NCBI GenBank assembly: GCA_037447605.1
Contig: CM074805.1
Coordinates: 2,761,361 to 2,825,360 of the forward strand
Direction: 5' to 3'
Length of the DNA: 64,000 nucleotides
DNA from: Zygnema circumcarinatum SAG 698-1b
Taxonomy: Eukaryota > Plantae > Zygnematophyceae
Both the position numbers and the translations under genes were made by a program. Each line of letters opens with the position of its first letter. Position 1 is the stretch's first letter. Below the pieces are notes generated by a model that was not told the DNA's origin, ran no database searches, and saw only the letters and a list, made by a program, of their open reading frames with translations. Below are positions 33,701-47,737 of this stretch, in pieces.

Positions 33701-36700
33701 CGATTGCAATTTCGATTGCACATGTTAGACGTGTGAAACGTATCGATTCCATGTGTGTGCAAGTACATTTTTTATCTATATATGAAATAATTTTTGTTTA
33801 TTAGGTCTTTGTTGTTTATGACACCACTTTAAAACGTGAGTTTGTTTATTTCGATAGTCACATTTAATTAGAATGACATCAAGGGCGCATCTCATTCCCG
33901 CATAAGTAGTTGAGGCTTCTTGTTCAAGTTGTACCTATCAGGTTCGTTAGTGTTTTGTTCTTTTTGTCCAATTGCCTGGTTTGCAGATCAAGGAAGCGGT
34001 TTGGATGCACTCGCAGCATTGGCGGATATGTCGTTGAATGGGCTTCTAGACGGTAAGCTCCAAAGACCGGTGGACTGCTATTGCTTTGGCTATTAGTGGC
34101 CCTTACCTGGTCTTACCAGGTCTTTTTCTGCAGAATCGTGAAAACAATTGGTTGTATGTCAAAAACTGGGAATTATTCGAGACGAAGCTTATCTTTTGGT
34201 ATTTAGTGTGTCCTTTGTTTAACATGCAACTGCTAAACCGTTATCGACCATGGCTTTTGTTACTCTCCCCCTGGATCGTCACCACATGAATTCTCTGTTT
34301 GGAGGTTAGATGATTTGACTGATTGTGTCATGGCTTTATTCGATTTTCATCCAGTTCATTTTTGGAAGTACTTTTAATGAAGACGAGTCTTGACTTGTTG
34401 CATGTTGATTTGCGAATCTGGAGTTAACTTGCTTTCATATAGCTCTGGTGGCTGGTTAGAAGTACATCTTTGTTCAAGGAAGTTGCACCTCTAGTTAGTA
34501 CATATGCTCCACATTCGATAAGAACATTCTAGAGGCTCTGCCACACTTGATTGAATATGTCCCGCAATTGGTGGTTTGGATTGTTGGCAACAGAGTCAAC
34601 TGTTGTAAGTAAAGTTCTTGCCGCCAGACTCACTTCAAAGTCTGTGCATATGGAGGCATCACCAGCAAAGAAGCTTACAGCCGAAGTGCCACAGAAGAAC
34701 CCTGCACATGGCCAAGTTCCAACGAGCGTTCCTGAGTCCGTTGGCAAAAAAAAGTTGCCGATGAAGTACATTATTCAAGAAAAAAGAAATGATAACCTCA
34801 GCGAGGGAGGCGATGATCGTAGCGAAGGAATCGCCGACCACGGTGAGGAAGTGCCGGTGCAGAATTTCTTAGAAGTGTTGGCTAAAGATCCGGTAGCGAC
34901 GAAAGGCCACAATAACGAGGATACTGAAGGAGAAGGAGAAGGGAGCACTGGTGAGGATGGAAAGAGTGATGACCATCATCTACCAGATTTGGAAGCAGGT
35001 GGAAGGAAGGCTGACGGGGGCGATGCAGATAAGGAAGTGACTAGGGAGGCGGAAGGCAGCTTTTACGGAGGGGAGGAGAAGAGATGTGGAGGTCCATGTG
35101 CATCTGGACAAGCTAGGGTCATGGGTAAATCAGTGGGCCAGATGCAACCCAGTGCAACTGCATGCACAAAAGTAACAACGAGTGAGTCAAGAAGGTCTAC
35201 GTCAAGGGAGGACGAGAATGGAGAAGCTGAGGACGATGAACCGAGGATTGGCTTGTCCTGGAACTCAGAACGAAAACGTCGCTCTCAATCGAAGGAGTTT
35301 CCCGCCATGAATGTTGCTTCTCTACCAGCTTGCGAGACAGTGGCAGGTCGAGATCGACAAGGTGAATTGTTTAAGTTGGAGGTCAACGAGGAGGATAATC
35401 GGCAAGGTGACTCGAGTAAGGGTCTTGGCGAAACAGGTGCCAAAGACTGTAAAGGAATACCGAAGAAGAGAGGTCCCAATGATAGGACAGCAAAATTGTC
35501 CCAATCACCACCAATGAAAGCAACTCTCAAGGGAAGGGGAGTAAAGCGGAAAGATTCATTGGCAACTGATGACGATCCGGAAGGGTCGAAAAAGGATGGA
35601 ACAGTTGGATTTGCAAAGAACACAATGGAGTTATCAAAGGATGAGGCCAAGCAAGTATCTTGGAGTCCACCCGAGGGAAGGAAACGGAAACGGAAGCCAA
35701 GTTATGAAAAGGTGCTTCAGTTCTGTAAACCACCACTTTGAACGTTAAATCACATTAGACTAAGTGACATTCCGTTGAATATGATCATATGCACATATAT
35801 GCATGTGTAAAGCTGTTTGAGTACTAGCAAAACTGTTCTCTTGGAGGTTTTTTGATTGATCTGGGCGGGGAGGGCAATTCTAATACTTATTTGCAGTAAT
35901 CTTGGTGTAACAATAATATCGCTATATCTAACAACATGTTCAAAATGTGTTTAATGAGTGGGCGTTGCACAATCTGTAACTGTTACAAAAGGCCCTGACA
36001 GTAGCTTATTTTTCGGCATTGCCAATTCGTGTGGTGTTTATTTATGTGAGAATTCCTCAAGACTTATCCGATGCTGCTAACATTGATTGGATGTGTTCTT
36101 GACCCTCATCAGATGGTCATTTTTTCAATCTTCTATGGCGTACATGAAATGTACTTGTGCGCACAAGACAAGCGCCAGACCTAGGAGTGGCACTAACCCT
36201 TTTCTTTTTGAACAACGATTTTCGCTTTTCTTGCAGGAGCCCTCACTACCAGAGTTGGAAGCCTTTATTCCATCAGGTCCCCTTCGACAAAGGAGGCGTG
36301 TTACAACGACACCAAAGTCAGGTCTTTCTCTTGCAAATGCTTTAAAACAAACCATTGGTTCAACTTCTATCAATCAAAGCACAGGCGCAGATGCTAGTAC
36401 AGCTGTTTGCTCAGTCGAGCAGTTGGAAGAGGTCAGAGGGGCACCATCGACTGAGAGCAAGAGCTTTCTTCCTGCCAAAATGAGGAGCAAGAAAAAGCAG
36501 GTGAACGTGGCACGCTTCGCTTCGTTATGGGATGATGAAGACAGGCTCAACCATGAACATAAAGCTGCTGAATCTGTACGAGCAGAACAAGCGCGATGTT
36601 CTCATACTCCAAGGGGATCGCACCCGGCTACAAGCACAAGAGTGGGTTTTCGGAACCCAAATACTGCTGTGTAGCTTTCCTAGGAAATGTATCTGTTCCT

Positions 36701-39700
36701 TCCTATTGAATCACAGGGCTGAAGAAGCAACTTGCCTGTGGCTTCTGTGTAATTGATTCTAATTGGCATTTCTGTAGTTGCATTTTGCAATTATCACGAT
36801 ATCTAGAAGTGGACACTAGGACTTTAGCGGTCTTAAGGACCTAGGTGGTTGTCCCGAGAGTTTCTGCCTCTTGGAGCCTGTACCAACTGTATAACCCTGA
36901 TCTTTTGTTTGGGGATGTGCCAGGCTCGTTTGGTGCATGCTCTGAGCAGTAGAAAGCTGCGTCAATGGTGTCAAGCAGAGTGGTTCTACAGTGCCATTGA
37001 TCTACCGTGGTTTGCGCGCAACGAGTTTGTGGAGTACTTGCATCATGCTGGGCTCGGCCACGTTCAGAAGCTGACGAGAGTTGAATGGTCGGTGATAAGA
37101 AGGTAAGCCTTCCATAAATTTGTAGACACAGCTCAACAGTGGAACATAAAGTTGACTTTTGCTTTTGGTACTCATTAGGTTCATGACTGTCTCTGTCTCC
37201 TCTGGTAGTTGGTCTTCGAGCCGTACTTTTATCATTCTTACGTGAAAATCTCGCGATACACCTCCCTCAGATGCGATCATACTAGTTTGACCTTTCAATC
37301 TGCGCGAATTTGCAGATCCTCTTTCTGTGGTTACAATGCAACACATTCCTGCAGCGTGCATTCCATCACTTTGATGTGTTCTTGTGAGGACAACGCGTGG
37401 GTGATAGCAAGGTGTTTGCTGATGGATGCAGTTCCTTGGGCAAACCCCGCCGATTGTCAGTGAAGTTTTTGGAGGAAGAACGAACAAAATTGGGACAATA
37501 CCGAGAAGCTGCAAGACAGCATTACCAGGAGCTCCGTACTGGGGCTGTTCCTGGTTTGACACTCTCTCCAGATTTAGCTCGACCAGTGTCTGTGGGCCAG
37601 CGAGTTGTGGCGAAGCACCCGCGCACAGGACACATCTATGATGGCAGCATCCTAACTGTTGATCGCATGCGGTGCCGAGTGCAGTTTGATCGACCAGAAC
37701 TGGGTGTGGAGCTTGTGCAGGTATGGACTTGTGCCAGAATAGTTGTCAATGCCTGAGATTAGATGGAAGTGTTCATTATGTTAATGGGAAGTTTTTTTGT
37801 TTGTTGCTTGGACTCTGTGCATTCTTCTAAATATTTGTGGAATTGATTGAGTTACGCTGTTTGTTCTCCTGTACGTGGCCAAAAACAGAATTGGTGACTC
37901 GAAAAACACACTTCAGGTGTTTACCACTTATTATAGTACAGAGGGTTTGGTGATTTGTCATTATCTGTGCGATTGGAGACAAATAGATCCTTTTCTATTG
38001 AGGATCCTTTATTTTTATTCATTGACAACCACTTTCATTAAATTAACAATAAATATGTACCTCAGCGAAAGGTGGAAAACCCATTGCACCAAGGTAGTTG
38101 GCACAAACATCCATGGATTGGGTTGTCAATTTCAAGGTTTCAAAACGTTCCGATCAGAACTAACAAAGATTTCTTACGCCACAAGGCTGGGTTGGCATAG
38201 AAGTTGGGAACGATGGAATCCTGGCATGATGGCTGCTTAAAGAATGGCTTCAGGTGCCTGACTTAGGCATTTGCTAAGGCTGCCAGAAACTCTGCCACTC
38301 AACACTTTGTCAGGTTTTATATAGCTGGTCCCCTCCTATTTCAACTATCCTCAGAGTCCTTCCCTTGCATGTATTGACTTCGTTGTCCAACATTTGTAAC
38401 CTTTGATCTTAGTCCATTTGCATAAGGAATCGTGACGAATGCAATCACCAAGGTTTACTCTTTGGTTGCTGTTTACTACAATTGGATGCCAATGATTTGT
38501 GGATTCGATTAATTTTTCTGCCGTTTATTCTTTTTGTCAGGACATTGATATTATGACGATCAATACGGCAGAGAATCTGCCAGAAAACCTTCGAGCCCCA
38601 CGGCGTTTTCTCTATGATGCACGTAGGGTGGGATACATGGACAGTCGCCTGGATTTTGCACCAGAACCACGTGTGGTTTCCAGTGCTGCAGAATTGGCAC
38701 GAGCTGCATTATGTGAGAGTCTAGAGAAGGATTCTCCAGAGCTTGCTGACGGCCGGACAGCACGTGCTCCACAAGCAGCCATCCGCGCAGCCTCGTTGTC
38801 GATGCGTGCCCAGGTACACTGCTGTTATTGGTCTACATTTGCTACTGCTGTTCTACATTTGTAGTTTACACCTTTTTGCTCTACATTTTGTTGAGACGAG
38901 TTTACATAAAAATCCGTAAGTTGCTTGTTTGATTGCTGAGCAAGCAGCTGCTTGATTGACATATGTTTTGTGGCATTTTGGTCTACCTGCTCGCTTGGAT
39001 TGGTTGTTCAGGTGTTGGCGGGACAGGCCAATACAGCCGAGGATATTGCGGCTGCAAGGGCAGCCGTTAGTGAGGCACTTTCGGCAGTCCAGCAGGCAGC
39101 CAGCATACCTTGCACACAGCAAGCTAGGGAACCCGCTATGAGAGCCTTTCTTGACCTCAGCTGTGCTCTAGAAAGGAAGGTGAGTGGCTCTTTGTTTCCG
39201 CTGGTTTGCTAATGCATACTTTAATGATATACATACCATTGGCATATGCATCGGAATGGTCTATGCTTCATTGTGTGGTGCTTCTATTTTTTATTATGCA
39301 TAAGGTCTGTCGTCTGGAGTGCCTCAGATGCTGAGCAGTGCGCGATTTTGTGGATGTCACAGGAGGCTTTGCTGCTGGAACTACGCCACCTCAATGCAAC
39401 TGCAGAGGGAAGCCAGGATAAGTTTGCCTCACCGGACTTCAGACCTGAGTTGGAACTGCACAAGCTGCAGGAATCAAAGAACTTTCAGGTTGAGTATGGC
39501 CTACTGCTGGGCCACCTGAACGAGGTGAACATGCATGTGAGTGGACCTCCTTTCGAATTACCTACTTGCCGCGCACTTGATTTTCAGATTAGTAATGTAG
39601 CTTGGTTAACGATTATGAGTAAACGGGCTTTCACTTTCTGGATAGCAAGCCTTCTCCATTCACTTGTATTTCATGAACCGTACTTTTTTATCCTGATCGA

Positions 39701-41755
39701 ATTCTTCGTCTCACCACTCATAAGTTAAAACTATCCTGAATTCTGCAGAAAATTTCACAAAAATCATGTGTTGTTATGCCATAGAATTTTATGCTCTTCC
39801 AATCAACTAATTCAATCTAGTAGTACGTATCCGTGTGCATCAGGTGCAGGCATGCCTTCAGATTCTCCGCACATGCTGGAAGTATGACCAATCGCAGAAT
39901 GAACCTTTTCCTCACTGGAGGCAGGTATCAGCTACTCCACCAGCGAAATCTGACCCAGTTGAGATGAACGGGTATCTTTCGAAGCATGACCAGAAGTTGC
40001 CAATTGGGGAGATGGCAGCTACGGCCAGGAGACAGGCAAGGGAAATGATTGCAGCAGTTTTACAGGTAGGCGGACGTGGCCTATTTGTTTTAGGGTTTGG
40101 GTGGAGTTTTCCTTCCTAGGAGTTTGCCAGTGATATGTGTTGATGTAACGTAGCATGAGACGCCATACATCAACTGTTGGTACTTAGTTTATGAACGCTC
40201 TGTTTGGTTTAAGGTGTAACTCGTGAAACCATTGACCTGCCTGAGAATGTGAAGGGTTCTTCAAGGATCGTTCAGAGCGTTCGTTCGTTCGTTCGTTCGT
40301 TCATCGAATGGAGAAGTATTTAGTAGCACTGTCTGGCCTGTTGATCCCTAACAACTGCATTGTTTGTCTACTTCTGCAGACTATTGCTCAAGCAAAAGAG
40401 GGTGAGGACCCTTTCGCTCAGCTGGGTAACACTTTGGAAGCCGCCTCAGGAAATGCATCCCCTTCCTATAGACCCCCACCCGGGCAAATGCAAGGAGCAA
40501 GTACACCTTCTCAAGGACATGGTACTGTGGCAGGGGAATGCCCAGGACAGCACCCACCGGAACTGCACTTGCCTCCGTCTGATGGCCACTTTGCTGGAGC
40601 TGCAAAGGATCTGTCTTCCACTTTTGCAAATGCCACCGGTGTCCAAAACGGAGAACCTTCTGCTGTAAACGTCTCGACTTTCATCCCCTCGACGGGTGCT
40701 TGTGCTGCCCCGAGTCATGAACAGAGGGCAGAGGCTCCAGCTGGTTCTGCTGCAGGGTGGCATTCTCCAGAGGGCCGTTGGGATAAAGCCCGAGGAGAGT
40801 CTAAGGAGGAGTGCCGACCGTGGGGCCTCCTTGGAAAAGCTTCAGGGAGAAAGCCGGCTGTGCCAGCAAACCCGCTGGCTGGCGTTGGAGGAATCGGGGC
40901 TGTCCTCATGGGACGCCTATCTGGGACAGCCTGCTCGAAGGAAGCCACCATGCTCTCAGAGCTCATGGCCTCTTGTGTTGCTACTCTTCTCATGGTTCAG
41001 GTACCATCTATGCCTGGTGCTCTCCTTCTGCCCCTTCAAAATCTCATAGCAATGGATAAAAGTGGGAGTGATCAATCTGCTCTTGCTATTTACCGCAATT
41101 GGATTCGGCACGTCGCTGGATTAGGGATGGCCGCACGTGGCCGATCTTTCTATATTGCGTTATAAAACTTGGACTCTTAGAACTATAAAAGTATACGACG
41201 AACTTTCATTGAACTCGCGCTAAAAGTAGGGCCAAAAACTTTTATGTCATTTATAACGGTACGAATGAATGTACGAGTCCGTACGAACGTAACGCAAACT
41301 TTCAGTCCGTACGAACGGTTCAAGTGCCGTAGTGGTGTCGCCATCCGCCAACCATTGGCCGCAGTCCAACCGCGGCACTGCAAATGCCATTGCAGAGTGA
41401 CATCATCTTAAAGTGTTATAAATTGTTTTAGGAGTGTTATAAAAGTGGCCCTACTTTTAGAACAAATTACAAAAGTAATATAAAAGTGGAAAAATAGTTT
41501 TACGGCCATCCCTACCCTGAATAGAGTTAGCTGTCAGGTGAGTATAAGCTGATTGGGATTGGGTGCTTCTTGATGCAGAACTGCACCGAAAAAAGGCTGC
41601 CCCAATCTGATGTTATTCTCACCCTGGACAGCGCCCTAGCCTCTCTTCGGCCCCATGCTCCACAGAACGCGCGGATGTTCCGGGAAATAGAGGCCTCCAT
41701 CGCCATCATCAAGTCGGAAATCGTGGCTCAGCTGCCGCATGACTTTGTAGGATAG
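27774..41755 (+). CDS. ALY: ALWAYS EARLY / LIN-9 homolog (SANT-Myb + DIRP; DREAM/MuvB subunit); true start lies upstream and is unresolved
   Basis: [33 protein letters not shown] (29437-29535), [17 protein letters not shown] (30776-30853), [20 protein letters not shown] ([16 protein letters not shown]; [17 protein letters not shown]), C-terminal [23 protein letters not shown], stop at 41753-41755. Confidence 0.93.
41122..41514. mobile_element. hAT-type MITE in the last intron of ALY
   Basis: Perfect 12-bp TIR TAGGGATGGCCG/CGGCCATCCCTA, degenerate 8-bp TSD CGCTGGAT/CCCTGAAT (6/8), AT-rich interior with GTACG repeats. Confidence 0.8.
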
Positions 41756-42731
41756 AGCAGCCATAAAGGTGATGCTCCAGTCACAGCAGCTGCCTGGCAA
41801 TGCCTGTAGGTTGTCCGGCCTGCTCCTCAACCTCCACTGACATCCGCTGCTTTTCTTCCTCCTTTGGCTAAGCGCACAGCTCTATTTCAAGAACTGGAGT
41901 TGAGACGTAGCTTGCGGACAAGCCGCTTCTCTGCCTTTCCTCCGCGGCCTTGGCTGCATCCTGTGACGATGTGTCTGGCTCACCTCCTCTGTCAGGGTTT
42001 AGATATGCTTTCGGGCAGAGACGCGTGTGCTTCACTTCCAACATTAGGTATTCAGTCTGACACCATTTTTCTACGCTTAAACGCTAGGGTCCAGCGCTCC
42101 TTGTTTAAAACACATGTTTGGATCTAGTGCGAGCGGTCTGAGACGAAATCCGCCCGAGGGTGCCTTTCTTTACAGTAGCAACAAGTGGTTGGAGGGTTTA
42201 TTGTGATATATGAATAAACGGGTTTAGACTTACATTAATAAATATTTCCAAGCGGGTTTGCAACAAACACTTTTCAGTGACGGTTTGTTGCCCACTCTTT
42301 ACGGCAACACAGTCACGATTCACAACTAAATATCGAGAAGCCCTTTGTTGTTGGATTCTGACAACTCACAACCATAAATACAAGTGCAATCACAATCACA
42401 ACAACCACGGCCACAATCTTCAAATGTACTTTTGCAACAAAGCCCAAGATAAAGACACTTTGGGACATAGACTTTCCAAGGAGCGACATCTAGAGATCGC
42501 TTCACCATATGCACCATCGGGATGGCGCCAACCTGAACCCAGTACGGCCCTTCGGGTTGGCAACTGGGTCCACAAAGTTAGCCTTCCGGTGGACCTCGCT
42601 GTATGGCACCATCGGGTGCCAAGTTTTCTTTTCAATTTCTTTTTGTGTACCTGGAGCATCTAGGGGAACATTCTGCAATCTTGGTCCAGAGGGAGGTCGC
42701 ATTCAAATGGGCGCAAACTCAAATAAGAAAA

Positions 42732-43245
42732 GGAGAATGCTACTGCACCCCCTATTTTGGTTATTACACCCCCCTTTTTGAAAAATTTGCCTGCCCATTT
42801 TGGTATCCCACCCCCCTGTTTTGGACATTTCACCCCTATTTTGGCTGTTTTTTTCCTTTTCACTACTGACTTCCAACATTGTGCAACAAAAGAAAAGGAG
42901 ATTTTCATTGATCTCAAGATGTTGTTGTTTTTGTCGCTATGCCTGCCGATCTTGATGTGAACTCCTTCATGCTTGTTGTGCTCGGTGATGACTTGTACGA
43001 GCTCATCCCGGGTCTCATACTCAGTTGGTAGCATTTCTATAGACATTGCAAACCGAGAAGAGGAGGGGAGGGCAAGGGAGGGCAAGGCAGGGCAGGGCAG
43101 GGGAGGGAGGGGATGGGAAGGGAGGGCAAAAGATTCTCTCCCGAAAAATCCAAAACAAGGGGGGTTGGGATAACCAGAATGGCCGGGCAAATTTTTCAAA
43201 TAGGGGGTGGGATAACCAAAATAGGGGGGTGCAGTAGCATTCTCT
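42732..43245 (-). mobile_element. Shorter deletion derivative of the MULE family at 10404-11392
   Basis: TIR GAGAATGCTACTGCACCCCCCTATTTTGG at both ends, TSD-like TAAGAAAA/TAAAAAAA, shared internal blocks (ACTGACTTCCAACATTGTG; ELVQVITEHNKHEGVHIKIGRHSD). Confidence 0.88.
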
Positions 43246-43305
43246 TAAAAAAAATCCAAACAACTTCTCAGAAACTCCGGTAGAGTCATCCCTTCATCGC
43301 TATCG

Positions 43306-46300
43306 TTACTCTCTTCTACCGGTGCCTCCAGAGCGTCCGCCATCCGGCCCTTCATGTGAAGCGGCTTCATCTCGATCTATGACAGGACTGCCTGCTCTGC
43401 TCCGGCCTCCCCCCCCTGAGTGCCCTCCACCGCCGCCAGCTCCCTGGCCATGGCCGCCTGCTCTACTGGAAGGCTGCATGCGGCCTCCCGGGCCCCCCCC
43501 AGAACCCAAATTTCCTGCTCCATGGCTTGCTCCCTGAGAACCACCTTGAGGTGGTAATGGAGGAATGGGTCTCCTGGAACCAGGGCTTGGATTGGCAGCA
43601 GGCTGAGGGGAGGGGGTGTTGGCAGATTGGGCACGATTAGGAGGTGACTTGGGGCGCAAAGCTTCAATTTCTGGAGTTGTCCCGACAAGGTGTGGAGCAT
43701 CCTGAGGAGGAACACTGCTACGGCCACCTTGCCAGACTTTTCCATCAAGTCCAGCAAAAAACTTTGCGTATACCTACAGTATGAAAGAGAGTAAAATTAG
43801 GGAAAGTAGAAGCTGTTTGAGGAAGTTTTATAAAAGAACTAGAGAGCAACTCCATTTCAAGCAGAAGTAGCATGCCGATGATAAAGATAAACGAAGAAAT
43901 AGAAATCCACTGTCCTCACATATACACCTTGAATTGGCAAACACGTTTGTGAACGTGATTCTAATTCGCTCTTCGTCCTTGTAGTCATGCCCATGGGCTT
44001 TGCAGTTTCCAACAACAATTTCCCCGTACCTGCGAGTTGAAATTGGAAGACGTGAGGCTTTTTCCAACAGTTAACCACCCAGCACGGATGTTGTGATCCT
44101 CTCCAAAAAGCTCCAACCTTCGCCTCCCCTGAGAAAAATGCTCGATTATATGATACAGCTCTTCGGGTTTCTCTGCACTGCCTGCGCAGCCAGACACACC
44201 ATCATCTTTCACTCTCAATAAAGCCCAAATCAGATGAAGGACTGCCAAAACTTCTTCAGGACTGAAACTTCACCTAGTGATACAGCAACAGCAGTATTAG
44301 TTGTCCCATATGCAACTCGTAGCAGAACCAAACATAATAACATAGTAGGTGAAAGGAGAAATTGCATGGTGTCAAATTTGATTATCAAAAGCAGCAGTGT
44401 GAAGATTTCTTGACTTATTTCTGCCAGTTTGCCACCTTGTTCTTTGTTTCCATGATCTTCCCTGTCGCTTACTTACTCCCAGCATCCCCTGCTGTATCTT
44501 CTCCGTCCCCTCTCAGTTTCATCAAAACATACAATGCAGACGCTAAAGTTCGCCTCCGATGAGCCATACTCAGCTTCCTGACATACCATATGGGGGTTCC
44601 TCCGAAATGATCACATCAGTGTCCACGTTGGCATGGATAACGTGGCCATCTGTGCTGCGCCGAACAGTGCCTTTGATCCCCATCAAACAGTGTTCCTACA
44701 CAAAAAACTCCAATCCATACATTCCCATAAGGCGAAAACCTCATAGCAAGGCGTCTCCAAACGACTACCAATGAATGCCTATCATCAGAACACTAGATCA
44801 TTCGCAAGAAGAGAGAGAGGGTTATGGTTAGGAGGACACCTTGGAGTGTTTGAATAACATGCCTGTGTCGTGTCCGTATTGATCGCTAGGATTTTGCCGG
44901 TTTGTCTTTATCCAACAAATATCTTCACATCGACGAAATCCCCACTGCACAAGGTAGACCTTGCGATGGACGACAGTCAATTGCCATAGACGAGATAACA
45001 GCAGAATAAGCGCAAAAATGGAAAGACGAGCCCTTCAAATATTCCACGTTGTTACTACAATGTTACCAGCACGCGTAAACGAGTTAGACAAAAAGAAACG
45101 GCAAAAATGAAAAGTGAGGCTATCTTGTCCAGAACCAACACTTTCAAGGGCAACGAACATCTGCTTCAAGAGGGCAAGCATCTAAATAGCGAAGTACAAG
45201 TCATCACCTTCTTTAGACAAAGGCGACCTTTATCCAAACCTTCAGCATCGCCCACCCACAAAAATACGAATGAAGGAGTATCTGCTATTGCCTGTGTTCC
45301 AGCCTCAAAACAGACAAACATGATATTCATACGCAGTCCAATCTGTTCACGATTGCTTCTTGATCGACGTGAGTTAAGTAAGGCTGCCCATATTTGGTCC
45401 TAAACTCTCAAGCTCCTTCACCATGGGAAACATTTCTGTAAGAATTACCAGGATTGCCTGTGTCACATTGTACACATTGCCTTTGTTCTCACCTCGATCC
45501 TCAGCGCCATAATCTCTTCAGCAGCCCACCATTCAAGCCCATCGCCCACACCCGGCGCTCTCCTCACATACTCCTCCCACGGTGGATCAATCAAAATCAC
45601 GTCAAATTTGCTGCCAAAAAATTCGGGTCTCAAATCGACCTTCCGAAGATCAGCCTGCAGATACATGGGAGGAGTAGCTCGCTCCGCTATCAAGCGATCC
45701 TTGCGCGAAATGAGCTCCTGCAATTGAGATGCTCTTGCATGAATATAGGTACGATATCAGCTGTTAGAACACCACAAGAGAGATGCAAGGATAGGAGGTC
45801 AAAAGCACGCGGAAGTATTAGAGCAAACGCGAGAGTGGGACCTCATGCTGATGCAATAAACCGAAATCTACAGAATAGGGAAAGCGCAGTCTACCATACC
45901 ATGTTGGGAAAAAGGCCGAACTTCGACTGAGACTATACTCCTTTCACATTATGTGATGGTGCAACATAAATTTACAGTCTTGAAGCATAAATTAACAAAT
46001 TGATCTATCACGCAAAACACGGTGGTTGCTATTTGTGCAACGACGCAATGAAAAAACGGAAAACTGAGGACCTGAATCCAATGATCGTCATTAGGGCTAT
46101 GCATATTCCAAGCGACAGACCTAGTCCAAACAGAATTCATGCAAAAATGAACTAGTACAATCAAAATACATAGTTCTATCTTTAGAGAATTCAGTATTGG
46201 TTGCTATATACGGTTTGTAATCTACCAGTGTTATACTCTCCCCAGATTCAAACCATGAAGTGCCTTGCATACTTCATTTGGCATTCAAAATTACATTCCA

Positions 46301-47737
46301 CTCGTACAAAGAAGTTAGACCCTACACCTCGCGTATTTGATAAGGAAAATTATTGCATCAGATGCAATGGAGTTCTGCAAGCTTTGGTAAATTCTTCGAA
46401 TTTAAAGAACGTAGCACTCTCACCTTTAACTTAGGATACTCCTCAAAGCGGTCCGCCATATCCATATCCCGGATGAAGTTCTGTGGCCGCAACCCTGTGT
46501 CCACAAAATGCTGCGAATAGTCGTTCTGCTCCCCTCTTGAAGGGGCCCTTCCCATCCCAGCCATTTCCAAGCCTCCATCCGGCCTTCCCCCTGGCCCCAT
46601 CCCGTGACCCATTCCTGAACTTCCGCGAGAACCACCTTGTTCCATATGCGCCCCTCTCCCAAAAGGAGGGCTTCCCCCTCCATAGGGTCCATATCCACCC
46701 GGCCCATATCCCCCAGGTCCTGGCATCCCCATGCCCCCAGGACCCATTTCCGGGCCCAAAAACATTCCAGGAGGTGGTCGTAGGCCCCGGCCTGGACCTG
46801 GGCCCATACTCTGACCATAACCAAAGTTTGGCGGAGGAACATGATGCTCTGCATCTCGCATAAGTGGGCCTTGCAAATGGCCATGCATGAGCATGGGCCC
46901 GGGGCCCCTGTTGCTCACACCCATACCAGGTCTCATCTCGCCCGAGCTTTCTCCTCTGCCTCCTCCAGGTCCCCATGGCCTTCCGGCCGGCACACCAGGA
47001 GGAAAATTAGGGTAGCCTCCTGCACCTGGTGACCATGATCCTGACCCCCCCCCACCCTGATAAAATCCCAGTTTGCCGGGACCGTGAGCTCCTTCTGGCC
47101 CACCGCCATCTCCTCTAGCAGGCATCGGTCTTGCTGCTCTAGGAGGTGGTGGGAGCGGAGCCATGCCGCCCCCCCCTGAGCTAAACACCGGACGAGCATT
47201 GTCCCCTCCACCTGCAGGAGACATAATTCCTGGAGCGTTCGAAGGGCTACCATAGAAGTTCCAAGGATGACTTCCCACGGATGGACCCTGCCCGTTCTTA
47301 GCGCCATAGCCAGGCGAAGGGAGCCGTCCACCTCCTGCATCAATATCCGGCCCAGGTCTCACCTGATATCCTGAAAAACTTCCGCTGTGCTCCTCCGATC
47401 CTAATGTTTGAAAGGCCCCTTCTCCTTCAGATGCTGCGCCAGAAGGGCTTCTGGAACTCCTAACGCCTCCGCTGGCCCTGTCAAACATTGTCTCTCTTCC
47501 TCTTCTGCTCCCGCCTGTGCTCTCCCTGTCCTCCCATGGCCCTGCATCTTCGCAAACAGCATCGCCCTCACCTTTCCGCCCGTCCTCCTTCCCCTGCATC
47601 CCTCCCTCCCACTCCTTCCCCCTCCCATTCGCCTGCCTCGTTGCACGGCCCTGCGCCTCCGGAGCCTCCCTTGCTCCGTCCTCCGAGCCTTCATCGCGGT
47701 TGCGCTTTCCTGGCGAGCCCACAGCGTGGTCCGCCAT
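43306..47737 (-). CDS. MTB: m6A writer subunit MTB (METTL14 ortholog, MT-A70 family), ~818 aa
   Basis: Exons 47737-46424, 45717-45493, 45291-45208, 44944-44840, 44695-44587, 44181-44030, 43773-43306. Motifs [85 protein letters not shown]. Confidence 0.96.

Noticed and set aside
42490-42670. Helitron 3' end (hairpin GGCACCATCGGGTGCC, nearby CTAG)
   Set aside because: The hairpin-to-CTRR spacing does not fit, and no matching 5' TC end was found.
45570-45600. DPPW catalytic-type motif in METTL14 as a sign of an active enzyme
   Set aside because: As I recall, plant MTB proteins normally carry DPPW, so it is not unusual.
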